NCBI GenBank assembly: GCA_963729715.1
Contig: CAVSPA010000005.1
Location: 640,001-704,000, forward strand
DNA: 64,000 bases
Direction of reading: 5' to 3'
From: an uncultured delta proteobacterium
GTDB taxonomy: Bacteria; Desulfobacterota; Syntrophia; Syntrophales; UBA2185
Shown: positions 23,574-33,057 of the stretch, in pieces
How the letters are laid out: each line of letters starts with the position of its first letter
Position numbering within the stretch: the stretch's first letter is position 1
Position numbers and translations under genes: made by a program
Notes under the pieces: model-generated
Databases searched by the model: none
Told to the model about the DNA's origin: nothing
The model's input: the letters and a program-made list of their open reading frames with translations, nothing else

Positions 23574-24509
23574 ATGATAGATATTGATTATTTAAAAAAG
23601 ATCAAGCTGGTAACTTCACCCCTGGGCCAGCAGCTCGTCGCGGCGTTATTGCTGTTTCCTAATTACCGTATCTTCGCTAAGGTCGACATTCAGATCGAAA
23701 ATATCGAGCTTATTCCACGCAACGAGAATGTGATCTTTGCCATGAATCACACAGATCGTTTCAATTACTGGCCGTTCCAGTATAAACTCTGGAGCATGAG
23801 ATGTTTTTCATATACCACGGTCTGGGTGAAGGGCAAGTATTACAGGAATGCGCTGCTTGCCAAAGGGCTTGACCTGTGCAATCTCATTCCCGTCCCCTCC
23901 ATGGGTTATTTGATCGAGGAGTTTTACAGAAAGAAATTGAAACAGCGGCTCGATAGGAACGTTTACAGGGCGATTAAGGATATCATTGACGGCAAGTATG
24001 AAAGTATTGAAGCCTACCCGAGGAAGGCAGCGGAGGTACTCAATGCATTAGGGGGACAATTTGTTGATCTTGTGAGAGGCCACTATGATCTCATAATGGA
24101 GCGGGTAGCGGAATTGAGCAGGACGGCCCTCTCTGAAAAAAAACTTAACCTTATCATCTTCCCTGAAGGTACGAGGGGAACCCAGCTCGGAGAAGGAAGA
24201 ACAGGCGTTGCGCAGCTTGCATTATCCACGCGGAAAAAGATCGTTCCAATCGGGTGTAACAATTCGGATGAGTTATATACAGGGAGCCTGCCTTTCGCGA
24301 AAAGCGGACGGATTGTCTATCGCGTGGGGGAACCCCTCTCTCTCGACAATCAATTGCGGGAATTCGCGATTGACGAACCATTCAAACTGTTTTCCAAGGA
24401 ATCGCAAAGGAAGTACAAGAAACAGTTCGAAGAGGTGACGAGAATTGTCATGGAAAACATCAACAAGCTCCTGGATGAGAAGTACAGGCGCGCCTTCACC
24501 GGGTCATGA
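23574..24509 (+). CDS. Lysophospholipid acyltransferase (PlsC-like) family protein
   Basis: IFAMNHTD block I variant and IIFPEGTR block III. Confidence 0.8.
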   Translation: MIDIDYLKKIKLVTSPLGQQLVAALLLFPNYRIFAKVDIQIENIELIPRNENVIFAMNHTDRFNYWPFQYKLWSMRCFSYTTVWVKGKYYRNALLAKGLDLCNLIPVPSMGYLIEEFYRKKLKQRLDRNVYRAIKDIIDGKYESIEAYPRKAAEVLNALGGQFVDLVRGHYDLIMERVAELSRTALSEKKLNLIIFPEGTRGTQLGEGRTGVAQLALSTRKKIVPIGCNNSDELYTGSLPFAKSGRIVYRVGEPLSLDNQLREFAIDEPFKLFSKESQRKYKKQFEEVTRIVMENINKLLDEKYRRAFTGS

Positions 24510-24563
24510 CGTTATAGAAATTTGCTCTCCAATCCATTTCACCAACTCGCAAGGAGGCGGCAT

Positions 24564-24968
24564 ATGAGCGCCATCGCGGTTATTCAAGAACTCATCAAGC
24601 CTTTGTTTCCCGGCCTGATGGGAATGCAGCTCACAGAAGTTACTCCTGAAAGAGTTATTGCGTCGATGGAGGTTCGTCCGGATTTGTGTACCGTCGGTGA
24701 GATACTTCACGGCGGCGCGCTTATGGCCTTTGCAGACACTCTTGGGGGTATCGCCACGTTTATCAACCTTGAAAAGGGCGCACGCACAACAACCATCGAG
24801 TCGAAGACCAACTTCCTCGGCGCCATGCCCGTTGGCACTCGTATCATCGGCGAGTGCACCCCCTTGCATCGCGGCAAGACCACGATGGTCTGGCAGACGC
24901 GCGTGAAGTCCGAAAACGGCAAGCTCTGCGCCGTTGTCATCCAAACGCAGATGGTGCTTCCCGCCTGA
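24564..24968 (+). CDS. PaaI-family hotdog thioesterase
   Basis: LHGGALMAFADTLGG, TTIESKTNF; RBS AAGGAGG before ATG 24564. Confidence 0.9.
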   Translation: MSAIAVIQELIKPLFPGLMGMQLTEVTPERVIASMEVRPDLCTVGEILHGGALMAFADTLGGIATFINLEKGARTTTIESKTNFLGAMPVGTRIIGECTPLHRGKTTMVWQTRVKSENGKLCAVVIQTQMVLPA

Positions 24969-25078
24969 TGTCTTTCCCCCTGTTGCAATCGGTCTGTTGG
25001 TGGCACCTATCATTTATATCCGGTGCGTCAGGTGGAAAGGCGTTCGTTTGAGACAGGTCTCAAATGAATACAGATTTG

Positions 25079-25144
25079 TCAGTTTCTTAAAATGGCGCCA
25101 GTACTTGCGGGGGAAACAAGTCCGGCATACCATGCTAGGCACCC
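25079..25144 (-). pseudogene. Degenerate duplicate of the last 22 codons of ilvD
   Basis: 51/66 nt identical to 25220-25285 (manual count); translates GCLAWYAGLVSPASTGAILRN* vs [21 protein letters not shown]. Confidence 0.85.
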
Positions 25145-25219
25145 GAGACGATAAGATATCCCCCTCCCTAAACGGGAGGGGGCCAAAGTGCATCATCGGT
25201 AGAATTATATTCGGGGCTA

Positions 25220-26881
25220 TCAATCCTTTAAAATGGCGCCTGTGCTTGCGGAGGTCACAAGTCCGGCATACCGGACCAGGTAGCCGCTCTTGACTGCAGG
25301 TGGCCGTGGTTTAAACTTAGCCTGTCTTTTCTTCAATTCGTCCGGACCGACCTTGAGAGAGATTGTCTTTTTCGGGATGTCGATAGCGATAATGTCGCCT
25401 TCCTTGACAAGACCGATGGGACCTCCCTCGGCTGCCTCCGGAGAGATGTGTCCGATGGCCGCCCCGCGAGTTCCGCCGCTGAACCTGCCATCAGTTAGGA
25501 GCGCCACCGTCGTATCGAGCCCCATACCGGCTATAACCGACGTCGGCGCCAGCATCTCGCGCATGCCCGGTCCGCCCTTCGGACCCTCATAGCGGATGAC
25601 GACGATATCGCCCGGTTTGATCTTCCCGCCGAGGATGGCGGCAATGGCATCGTCCTCAGAATCAAAGACCCGGGCCTTGCCTTTGTTGACGAGCATTCTT
25701 TCTGCGACAGCGGACTGCTTGACGACAGCGCCATCGGGGGCCAGATTACCCCTCAGGATAGCGATCCCCCCTTCTTTCGAATAGGGGTTGTTAAGCGGCC
25801 GGATGACGTCGCTGTTTAACACCACAGCCCCTTTCAGAGTGAAGCCCACCGCCTTTCCTGTAACGGTCAAGGCCTTCAGGTCAATGACGCCAAGCCGACT
25901 GATTTGCTTCATCACCGCCTGAACCCCGCCTGCCATGTCCAGGTCTTCCAGATGGTGTTGCCCCGCGGGGCTTAGCTTGCAGAGATTAGGGGTTTTCTTG
26001 CTGATCTCATTGAAAAGGTCGAGGTCTAGTTTAATTCCCGCTTCGTGGGCAATAGCGGGAATATGGAGGACTGTATTGGTCGAGCAGCCCAGGGCCATGT
26101 CCACAGCGATGGCATTCTTGAAGGCTGATAGTGTTGCGATTTTCCGCGGACGGATATCTTTTTTGAGGAGTTCCATGATCTTCATGCCGGCCTGCTTCGC
26201 CAGGCGCCGCCTGGCCGCGTGGACGGCAGGTACCGTGCCATTGCCGGGGAGGCCGAGGCCGAGGGCCTCGGTTACGCAGTTCATGGAATTGGCCGTATAC
26301 ATGCCTGAGCAGGACCCACAGCCGGGGCAGGCGCAGTCTTCCAAGGCCTTCAGATACTTTTCTTTCATCTGGCGGGATTTTACCTTTCCCACGCCTTCGA
26401 AGACACTGATGAGATCAACAGTCTTACCCTCCAGGGTTCCGGCCATCATGGGACCGCCGCTGATGAAGATGGTAGGGATATTCAGTCGAAGCGCCGCCAT
26501 CAACATCCCGGGAATAATCTTGTCACAGTTGGGGATCATGACGAGCGCATCAAAGGGATGGGCGACAGCCATGACCTCGATGGAATCGGCGATCAGCTCA
26601 CGGCTGGCAAGGGAGTATTTCATGCCTGTATGTCCCATGGCAATCCCGTCGCAGATGCCGATGACGGGGAATTCGACGGGCGTTCCGCCTGCCATGCGGA
26701 TGCCTGCCTTTACGTCTCCGGTGATAATATCCAAATGAATATGTCCGGGTATGATTTCATTGGCGGAATTCACCACGCCTATCAAGGGCTGTGCAATTTC
26801 TTTATCCGTATACCCCATGGCTTTGAAAAGAGATCTGTGGGGCGCCCTTTCAAGCCCCTTTTTCATCAGGTCGCTTCGCAT
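25220..26881 (-). CDS. ilvD: Dihydroxy-acid dehydratase
   Basis: [48 protein letters not shown] 26881. Confidence 0.96.
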   Translation of the reverse strand: MRSDLMKKGLERAPHRSLFKAMGYTDKEIAQPLIGVVNSANEIIPGHIHLDIITGDVKAGIRMAGGTPVEFPVIGICDGIAMGHTGMKYSLASRELIADSIEVMAVAHPFDALVMIPNCDKIIPGMLMAALRLNIPTIFISGGPMMAGTLEGKTVDLISVFEGVGKVKSRQMKEKYLKALEDCACPGCGSCSGMYTANSMNCVTEALGLGLPGNGTVPAVHAARRRLAKQAGMKIMELLKKDIRPRKIATLSAFKNAIAVDMALGCSTNTVLHIPAIAHEAGIKLDLDLFNEISKKTPNLCKLSPAGQHHLEDLDMAGGVQAVMKQISRLGVIDLKALTVTGKAVGFTLKGAVVLNSDVIRPLNNPYSKEGGIAILRGNLAPDGAVVKQSAVAERMLVNKGKARVFDSEDDAIAAILGGKIKPGDIVVIRYEGPKGGPGMREMLAPTSVIAGMGLDTTVALLTDGRFSGGTRGAAIGHISPEAAEGGPIGLVKEGDIIAIDIPKKTISLKVGPDELKKRQAKFKPRPPAVKSGYLVRYAGLVTSASTGAILKD

Positions 26882-26956
26882 GCTTTCCTCCTTATATTTT
26901 TTTCCAATGAGCGGAATGTAGAGAGCCGTATCGCAATCCTCCCATTTTGTCATTCC

Positions 26957-28003
26957 TTACTTTTTTCTTCGCTCCGGTCTCAATGAGCGAACCACTGCGC
27001 CCGCCAGCCACATTTCGCTATTCTTTATGGCTTCGAGTTCCTTTTGCAGTTTCTCCCTGTAGTCAGGGGCGGAGTTTACCTCGAGGACTATGGCTGTTTC
27101 CTTGCCGGATGCCACTCTGTCGTACAAGTTATCGAATACAGGCGCTACAGCATCACGAAATCTGTTTTTCCAGTCCAAGGCGCCCCTCTGGGCAGTTGTG
27201 CTGCAATTGGCATACATCCAGTCCATACCATTTTGCGCGACAAGCGGCATGAGGCTCTGGGTCAATTCCTCGACTGTTTCATTGAAGGCTTCACTGGGGC
27301 TGTGTCCATGCTTGCGGAGAACATTATACTGCGCCTCCAGGACACCGGCGAGACAACCCATGAGGACGCCGCGCTCACCCGTGAGGTCGCTGTAAACTTC
27401 CTGTTCAAAGGTGGTGGGGAACAGATACCCTGATCCTATGGCAATGCCGACGGCAAGTGTCCTTTCCAGGGCTTTTCCTGTGGCGTTTTGGAAAACGGCG
27501 TAACTCGAATTTATGCCGCTTCCCGCAAGAAAGTTGTCGCGTACCGTGCGTCCGGCACCTTTTGGCGCTACCAGTATAACATCGATGTCAGAGGGAGGGA
27601 TCACACCAGTCTGATCTTTATACACGATGGAGAATCCATGAGAAAAATAGAGGGCCTTTCCTTTTGTCAGTTGGAGTTTTAGTTCCGGCCACATGGCCTT
27701 CTGACCGGCATCTGACATCAGGTACTGGATGATTGTGCCGCGTTTTGCAGCCTCCATTGGTGGAAACAGCGTCTCGCCCGGCTTAAAGCCTTCGTCAATG
27801 GCCTTCTGCCAGTTGAAGTCTCCTTCGCCCACGATACAACGGATTCCGTTGTCCCTCATGTTTAGGGCTTGACCGCGTCCCTGTACACCGTAGCCAATGA
27901 CGGCAACCGTTTCATCCCTGAGCACTTTGCGCGCCTTTTCGAGGGTGAACTCCTCTGATGTGACAACCTCTTCCATGACCCCGCCGATGTTGATTTTAGG
28001 CAT
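26957..28003 (-). CDS. ilvC: Ketol-acid reductoisomerase, Bacteroidota/fungal Ilv5-like type
   Basis: IGYGVQG, FSHGF, VAPKG, SDLTGERGVLMG, EAFNETVEE, MYANCSTTAQRGALDW. Confidence 0.95.
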   Translation of the reverse strand: MPKINIGGVMEEVVTSEEFTLEKARKVLRDETVAVIGYGVQGRGQALNMRDNGIRCIVGEGDFNWQKAIDEGFKPGETLFPPMEAAKRGTIIQYLMSDAGQKAMWPELKLQLTKGKALYFSHGFSIVYKDQTGVIPPSDIDVILVAPKGAGRTVRDNFLAGSGINSSYAVFQNATGKALERTLAVGIAIGSGYLFPTTFEQEVYSDLTGERGVLMGCLAGVLEAQYNVLRKHGHSPSEAFNETVEELTQSLMPLVAQNGMDWMYANCSTTAQRGALDWKNRFRDAVAPVFDNLYDRVASGKETAIVLEVNSAPDYREKLQKELEAIKNSEMWLAGAVVRSLRPERRKK

Positions 28004-28082
28004 ATTAGTTCCTCCTTATTGTTATAAATTTAACGATCAATAGCATTGTGTGGTATGTACTCTGAATACCCCTCATTTACGA

Positions 28083-28580
28083 CTATTTCTGACGCTCCAC
28101 GGCGACAACCCCAGTTCTCGTAAAATCATCCATTCCCATCTTGTCCAAAAAAGCAAGGGCGTCGTCGATGTCCTTTTTACCGCCCGTTACTTCCAGTATG
28201 CAGGTGTCAGCATCCATCTTTACAATCTTCCACTTAAGCGTGTCAACAGTCTGCATGATTTTCACTTGATTCGCATCGGTTAATTTCATTCTCACCAGAA
28301 CCATTTCCCGGCAAGCCGCATTCGCGCGCGTCAGATCCTTCACTTCAAGGACATCAATAATTTTTGTCAGTTGCTTTTCAAGTTTGATGACAGTCTCCCG
28401 ATTACCGAGGGTGGTAATAACGATTCTGGTAAATTCAGGATTTCTCGTGATATTTGCCGAGATGCTTTCGATATTGAACCCCCGGCCACTGAAGGTTCCC
28501 GCGATCCTGGCCAGGACATCGGGTCTGTTATTTACCAGGATGGAAATCGTATTCTCTTTTACTTCCATAAGCTCATTCAC
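28083..28580 (-). CDS. ilvN: AHAS small regulatory subunit (Ile-leader operon)
   Basis: ISILVNNRPDVLARIAGTFSGRGFNIESI, REMVLVR, TRTGVVA. Confidence 0.92.
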   Translation of the reverse strand: MNELMEVKENTISILVNNRPDVLARIAGTFSGRGFNIESISANITRNPEFTRIVITTLGNRETVIKLEKQLTKIIDVLEVKDLTRANAACREMVLVRMKLTDANQVKIMQTVDTLKWKIVKMDADTCILEVTGGKKDIDDALAFLDKMGMDDFTRTGVVAVERQK

Positions 28581-28612
28581 CTCACAATAGATTTGATATA
28601 TTCCAATCCACG

Positions 28613-30301
28613 CTATTTGCGTAAGACCATATCTGAGATCGCCGCACCCGGTGAAACCATGGGGTAGACGCCTTCTTCTGGTTCAACATGGAAATCCATT
28701 ATGACAGTCTTTGGAGTATCGAGACCCTTCCTTAATGTGGCCTCCACCTCTTCGGGGCGTGTCGCCCGCAGGCCGACAGCGCCATAAGCCTCGGCAAGCT
28801 TCACAAAGTCAGGCACATTATTTATGTTGCTGTGGGAATAACGCTTTCCGTAGAAGAGTTCCTGCCATTGGCGAACCATGCCCAAAAATCCGTTGTTAAG
28901 GATGACGATCTTAACGGGAAGGTCATAATTAACAGCCGTTGCGAGTTCCTGTATGTTCATCTGGATACTTCCATCTCCGGCAATATCTACTACGACCTTG
29001 TCGGGACGCGCAACCTGAGCGCCGATGGCAGCCGGGAATCCATAACCCATTGTCCCGAGGCCGCCCGATGTAATAAATGAATTGGGGTAATCGAAATGAT
29101 AGAACTGCGCCGCCCACATCTGGTTCTGCCCCACCTCTGTCGAGATAATAGCTTTTCCTTCCGTGAGACGATAGAGTGTCTCGACAACGTATTGAGGTTT
29201 TATTTTATCAGACTGACAGTATGTCAGGGGGGCAAACTTTTTCCACTGGTCAATCTGATCGAGCCATGCCTTTGTTTGCTTTTCGGGCATTGCAAAACTC
29301 TTATCGGAAATCCACTTATTGAGCAGCTGCAGTACAGGCTTGCAATCGCTTGCTATCGACAGGTGCGTCTTTACAAATTTATCAATGGAAGCCGGGTCAA
29401 TGTCGATGTGAAGTACCTTGGCATGGGGCGCAAAGGCGTCAAGCTTCGATGTAACCCGATCATCAAAACGGACACCAAGCGCGATCAAAAGGTCGCAATT
29501 ACTGATGGCCATATTGGCGTAATATGTGCCATGCATACCCGGCATACCGAGCCAGTGTGGGTCGGATGCGGGGAATGCCCCAAGTCCCATAAGCGTCGAC
29601 GTGATGGGCACATTGAGCATTTTCACAAACGTTCTCAACTCGTCCCAGGCCCGCCCCAGAAGCACGCCACCGCCTGAGATGATGAGAGGCTTTTCGGCCT
29701 TCCTGATCATGTCGAGTGCCTTTACGCATGCGTCGTCGATGGAAGTCTTCTTGTTGTTATTAGGGAGACTTGATGTCCAGGATACAGCAGAATCTTCTAT
29801 AAGGGATCTAGTGATATCCTTGGGAATGTCGATAAGAACAGGACCGGGTCGTCCTGAGCGGGCAATGTCAAAGGCCTCCCTGACGATGCGTCCCAAGTCG
29901 TCAATCCGCCTGACCAGAAAATTATGTTTCGTGCATGGTCTTGTAATACCGGTGATGTCCACTTCCTGAAAGGCGTCACCGCCAATCAAGGAGGTCGCCA
30001 CCTGACCTGTCAGCACGACGACAGGAATGGAATCCATGAACGCATTTGCAATACCGGTTACCGTGTTTGTCGCTCCAGGCCCGGAGGTAACCAAGCATAC
30101 ACCAACCTTTCCGGAAACCCTCGCATATCCGTCGGCTGCGTGTATGGCGCCCTGTTCATGCCGTACTAAAATATTTCTAATCTTTCTTCTATACAGTTCA
30201 TCAAAGATGTCGAGTACGGCTCCACCGGGAAACCCAAAGATCGTATCGACGTTCTCCTTTTGCAAGGCCTCAAAAAGGACTTGTGCTCCTGTTAACTTCA
30301 C
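28613..30301 (-). CDS. ilvB: AHAS large subunit (Ile-leader operon)
   Basis: FGFPGGAVL, RHEQGA, TSGPGATN, RFDDRVT, GDGSIQMN, LGMVRQWQ; GTG start. Confidence 0.95.
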   Translation of the reverse strand: MKLTGAQVLFEALQKENVDTIFGFPGGAVLDIFDELYRRKIRNILVRHEQGAIHAADGYARVSGKVGVCLVTSGPGATNTVTGIANAFMDSIPVVVLTGQVATSLIGGDAFQEVDITGITRPCTKHNFLVRRIDDLGRIVREAFDIARSGRPGPVLIDIPKDITRSLIEDSAVSWTSSLPNNNKKTSIDDACVKALDMIRKAEKPLIISGGGVLLGRAWDELRTFVKMLNVPITSTLMGLGAFPASDPHWLGMPGMHGTYYANMAISNCDLLIALGVRFDDRVTSKLDAFAPHAKVLHIDIDPASIDKFVKTHLSIASDCKPVLQLLNKWISDKSFAMPEKQTKAWLDQIDQWKKFAPLTYCQSDKIKPQYVVETLYRLTEGKAIISTEVGQNQMWAAQFYHFDYPNSFITSGGLGTMGYGFPAAIGAQVARPDKVVVDIAGDGSIQMNIQELATAVNYDLPVKIVILNNGFLGMVRQWQELFYGKRYSHSNINNVPDFVKLAEAYGAVGLRATRPEEVEATLRKGLDTPKTVIMDFHVEPEEGVYPMVSPGAAISDMVLRK

Positions 30302-30390
30302 TTTTCTCTACCCCCTTTCAAAATCCCCTCCGTCAATGCCCTCAACCGATACGGGTTAAGCATGGGTAAAGCATGAAGGGAAATTTCTCC

Positions 30391-30425
30391 AAAAAAAAAC
30401 CGTTACCTTTTGGCTGGTAACGGTC
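30391..30425 (-). terminator. Attenuator terminator of the ilvB-ilvN-ilvC-ilvD leader
   Basis: Minus-strand ACCGTTACC-loop-GGTAACGGT followed by a T8 run. Confidence 0.88.
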
Positions 30426-30459
30426 TTTTGACTGCGAAATATGTGCTAAACGCAAACCA

Positions 30460-30537
30460 TCATCCAGCCCTCCTATGGAAGGGAATGATTATGCCGATAA
30501 TAATTATGATGGTGTTTGCGATACTAAATGCGTGCAT
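30460..30537 (-). CDS. Ile-rich attenuator leader peptide MHAFSIANTIIIIIGIIIPFHRRAG
   Basis: 25 codons, 9 Ile (8 within 9 consecutive codons), GAGGA RBS, directly upstream of antiterminator and terminator. Confidence 0.9.
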   Translation of the reverse strand: MHAFSIANTIIIIIGIIIPFHRRAG

Positions 30538-30564
30538 GTCGTTGTCAATCCTCACTGCGGGACA

Positions 30565-30593
30565 TTTTTAACAGCATCCCATCGTATTGTCAA
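30565..30593 (-). promoter_or_regulatory. Sigma70-type promoter of the Ile leader
   Basis: TTGACA-17 nt-TAAAAA on minus strand. Confidence 0.6.
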
Positions 30594-30612
30594 GAATATT
30601 TTATGATTTCTT

Positions 30613-31125
30613 CTAGATTTTTCTCTGGGGCTTCGTTCTCTCAATAGCAATTGACCCAGTTCTATTTATTTCCTCCACACCGAATGACTGAAAGAATTTC
30701 AGGAATGCCGCCGTTTCATCCGGCTGACCCGTCAACTCCAGGATGAAATAATCCGGTGTCATGGTGACGATTCTGCAGCCAAACAGTTCAATTGCCCGCA
30801 GGATTTCTGCATAGGCTCCCTCTTTGACGGTAACGCCGATCAACATTAACTCTCTCTGAATGTAGGACTGTCCTGAGACATCGGAGACATTGATGATATC
30901 TACCAGCTTGTCCAGTTGCTTTTTTATCTTTTCAGTAAAGTCAGGATCCGATTCGCTGGTCAGAGTGATTCTTGAAACGTCCGGGTTCGTTGTTTCTGCC
31001 ACGCAGAGGCTCTTGATGTTGTATCCATGGCGGCCAAACACGCCTCCCACACGGGACAGCACGCCCGGTTGATTGTTTACGAGAATGGAAATAGTCTGTT
31101 CCTGTTCGCGTGCCTTTCTTAACAT
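30613..31125 (-). CDS. ilvN: AHAS small regulatory subunit (Val-leader operon)
   Basis: ISILVNNQPGVLSRVGGVFGRHGYNIKSL, KQLDKLVDI, RELMLI, RTGSIA. Confidence 0.92.
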   Translation of the reverse strand: MLRKAREQEQTISILVNNQPGVLSRVGGVFGRHGYNIKSLCVAETTNPDVSRITLTSESDPDFTEKIKKQLDKLVDIINVSDVSGQSYIQRELMLIGVTVKEGAYAEILRAIELFGCRIVTMTPDYFILELTGQPDETAAFLKFFQSFGVEEINRTGSIAIERTKPQRKI

Positions 31126-31148
31126 AGTAGATCCTCCGCAGTTATTTC

Positions 31149-32822
31149 TTAGTCAAGTCTGTCGTACATCATCTCGATATTCGAGCATCCCGGCGGGATG
31201 ATGGGGTAGACATAGTTTTCCGGATCAACAACGGCTTCCAGGAGATATGGGCCATCAGCCTTTACCATAGCTTCGATGCCGGCCTTCGGATCTTTATCTA
31301 CGGCAATTCTGCTCCCTGGGATGCCGAAGCCGCGGGCCACCGTCACAAAATCAACCTTGCTTCCCAAATCAATAGTGGTAAAACGGGCATTGTAAAAAAG
31401 ATCCTGAATCTGGCGAATCATCCCCAGATGACCGTTATTGATGACGACAATCTTTATGGGTAAATGGTAGTAGCTAATGGTAGCCAGTTCCTGGATGTTC
31501 ATATAGAATCCTCCATCGCCTGTGATAGCGATGACCGCCCTCTCCGGAGCGCCTACCTTAGCGCCGATCGCCGCAGGCAGGCTGAATCCCATAGTCCCCA
31601 TGCCGCCGCTGGTGATGAGGCTGCGGGGACTGCGCGCCTGCCATGTGCGCACTGTCCATATCTGATTCAGCCCCACATCCGCAGTCACCGTTGTTTCGAC
31701 GGGCATGGCCTCCTGTAGCATGTGGATAAAATCTCCCGCCGATCCGCAGCCCGTGTCCGCGACTTTTCCGGTGATGGCGTCGCGCTCAGACTGGATTCTC
31801 TGGAGCCACTCCGACTTTTCCTTTGCATCTATCAGAGGCAGCAAGGCCGTCAGTGCATCGCGAATATCCCCGACGTAAGGCAGATTAATCTTGATGCTCT
31901 TTCCGATCGAAGTAGGGTCGATATCGATCTGGGCAATCTTTGCCAAAGGCGCGAATTCTTCTATGAGTGCGGTACTGCGATCTGAGAAGCGTGTACCTAT
32001 GGCCAGAATGAAATCACATTGATGCACCATCCGGTTTGCCAGCTCATTACCGTGCGTTCCTATCAACCCCAGGTTGTATCCATTGACGGAGTCAACGGAA
32101 CCGATGCCCATCATCGTAGTGACGAAGGGGATCTTCGCCTTTTCAATCAGATCGCGTATCAGGCGAAATGCATTGCTAAGTTTAACTCCTCCTCCGATGA
32201 TGAGGATAGGCCTTTCGCTCTGATTCAATGTCTTGGCAATCATCTCCAGTTGTTCACGATCTTCTTCAGTTTTGTAGTTCGTTTTCAACGCAGGGGCAGC
32301 TTTCTTTTCTGCCAGAGGGCATTTCGACGACAGAATATCGCGGGGGATATCCACTAAGACCGGACCCGGCCTGCCGGTCTTGGCAAGTTCAAATGCCTGC
32401 CTCAGTGTTGCCGCAAGATTATTCACATCATGCACCTGGTAACTGTGTTTTGTGATAGGCAAGGTTATGCCGATGATGTCTGTTTCCTGGAAGGCATCAT
32501 GTCCGAGAAGGCTTGTGCTCACCTGTGCTGTAAGGGCGACCATGGGCGTTGAGTCCATGAAGGCCGTGGCAATTCCCGTCACCAGGTTGGTCGCCCCCGG
32601 TCCCGATGTTGCGATGCAGACGCCTACTTTTCCGGTGGCACGAGCGTAGCCGTCGGCAGCGTGAGCCGCTGCCTGTTCGTGTCGCATGAGGTAGTGCCGG
32701 ACCTCGCTGTTTATCAACCGGTCATGAAGGGGAAGAGTGTTTGCCCCCGGGTATCCGAAGATTACATCAACTCCTTCCTCCTTTAAGATTTCTATGATTA
32801 TATCTGCGCCAATGGTTTCCAT
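31149..32822 (-). CDS. ilvB: AHAS large subunit, divergent paralog (Val-leader operon)
   Basis: FGYPGANTL, RHEQAA, TSGPGATN, RFSDRST, GDGGFYMN, LGMIRQIQ. Confidence 0.92.
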   Translation of the reverse strand: METIGADIIIEILKEEGVDVIFGYPGANTLPLHDRLINSEVRHYLMRHEQAAAHAADGYARATGKVGVCIATSGPGATNLVTGIATAFMDSTPMVALTAQVSTSLLGHDAFQETDIIGITLPITKHSYQVHDVNNLAATLRQAFELAKTGRPGPVLVDIPRDILSSKCPLAEKKAAPALKTNYKTEEDREQLEMIAKTLNQSERPILIIGGGVKLSNAFRLIRDLIEKAKIPFVTTMMGIGSVDSVNGYNLGLIGTHGNELANRMVHQCDFILAIGTRFSDRSTALIEEFAPLAKIAQIDIDPTSIGKSIKINLPYVGDIRDALTALLPLIDAKEKSEWLQRIQSERDAITGKVADTGCGSAGDFIHMLQEAMPVETTVTADVGLNQIWTVRTWQARSPRSLITSGGMGTMGFSLPAAIGAKVGAPERAVIAITGDGGFYMNIQELATISYYHLPIKIVVINNGHLGMIRQIQDLFYNARFTTIDLGSKVDFVTVARGFGIPGSRIAVDKDPKAGIEAMVKADGPYLLEAVVDPENYVYPIIPPGCSNIEMMYDRLD

Positions 32823-32854
32823 ATTCGCTTCTTGCTCCTTGCTGTTCAGAAAAT

Positions 32855-32886
32855 AAAAAGCCGCCAGTTCATTTGCACAGCGGCTT
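32855..32886 (-). terminator. Second terminator-like hairpin in the Val leader region
   Basis: Minus-strand AAGCCGC-loop-GCGGCTT then TTTATTTT. Confidence 0.6.
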
Positions 32887-32895
32887 GTAAGGCAT

Positions 32896-32928
32896 AAAAA
32901 AGCCGCGGGTTACAGGGGCCCGCGGCTC
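32896..32928 (-). terminator. Attenuator terminator of the Val leader
   Basis: Minus-strand AGCCGCGGG-loop-CCCGCGGCT followed by a T run. Confidence 0.88.
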
Positions 32929-32947
32929 TTTGTTCTATGTCATTCCA

Positions 32948-33037
32948 TCACAGAAACCGAGCAGCGGTCCCCCGAAGTACAGATACTACGACTACGGCTA
33001 CAATAAGGGTACTTGTGCTCAGGATGTAACGAATCAT
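32948..33037 (-). CDS. Val-rich attenuator leader peptide MIRYILSTSTLIVAVVVVSVLRGTAARFL
   Basis: 29 codons; 6 Val in 8 consecutive codons (5 GTA, 1 GTC); GAGGT RBS; upstream of terminator. Confidence 0.88.
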   Translation of the reverse strand: MIRYILSTSTLIVAVVVVSVLRGTAARFL

Positions 33038-33057
33038 CTGCTTACCTCTACTCATTA

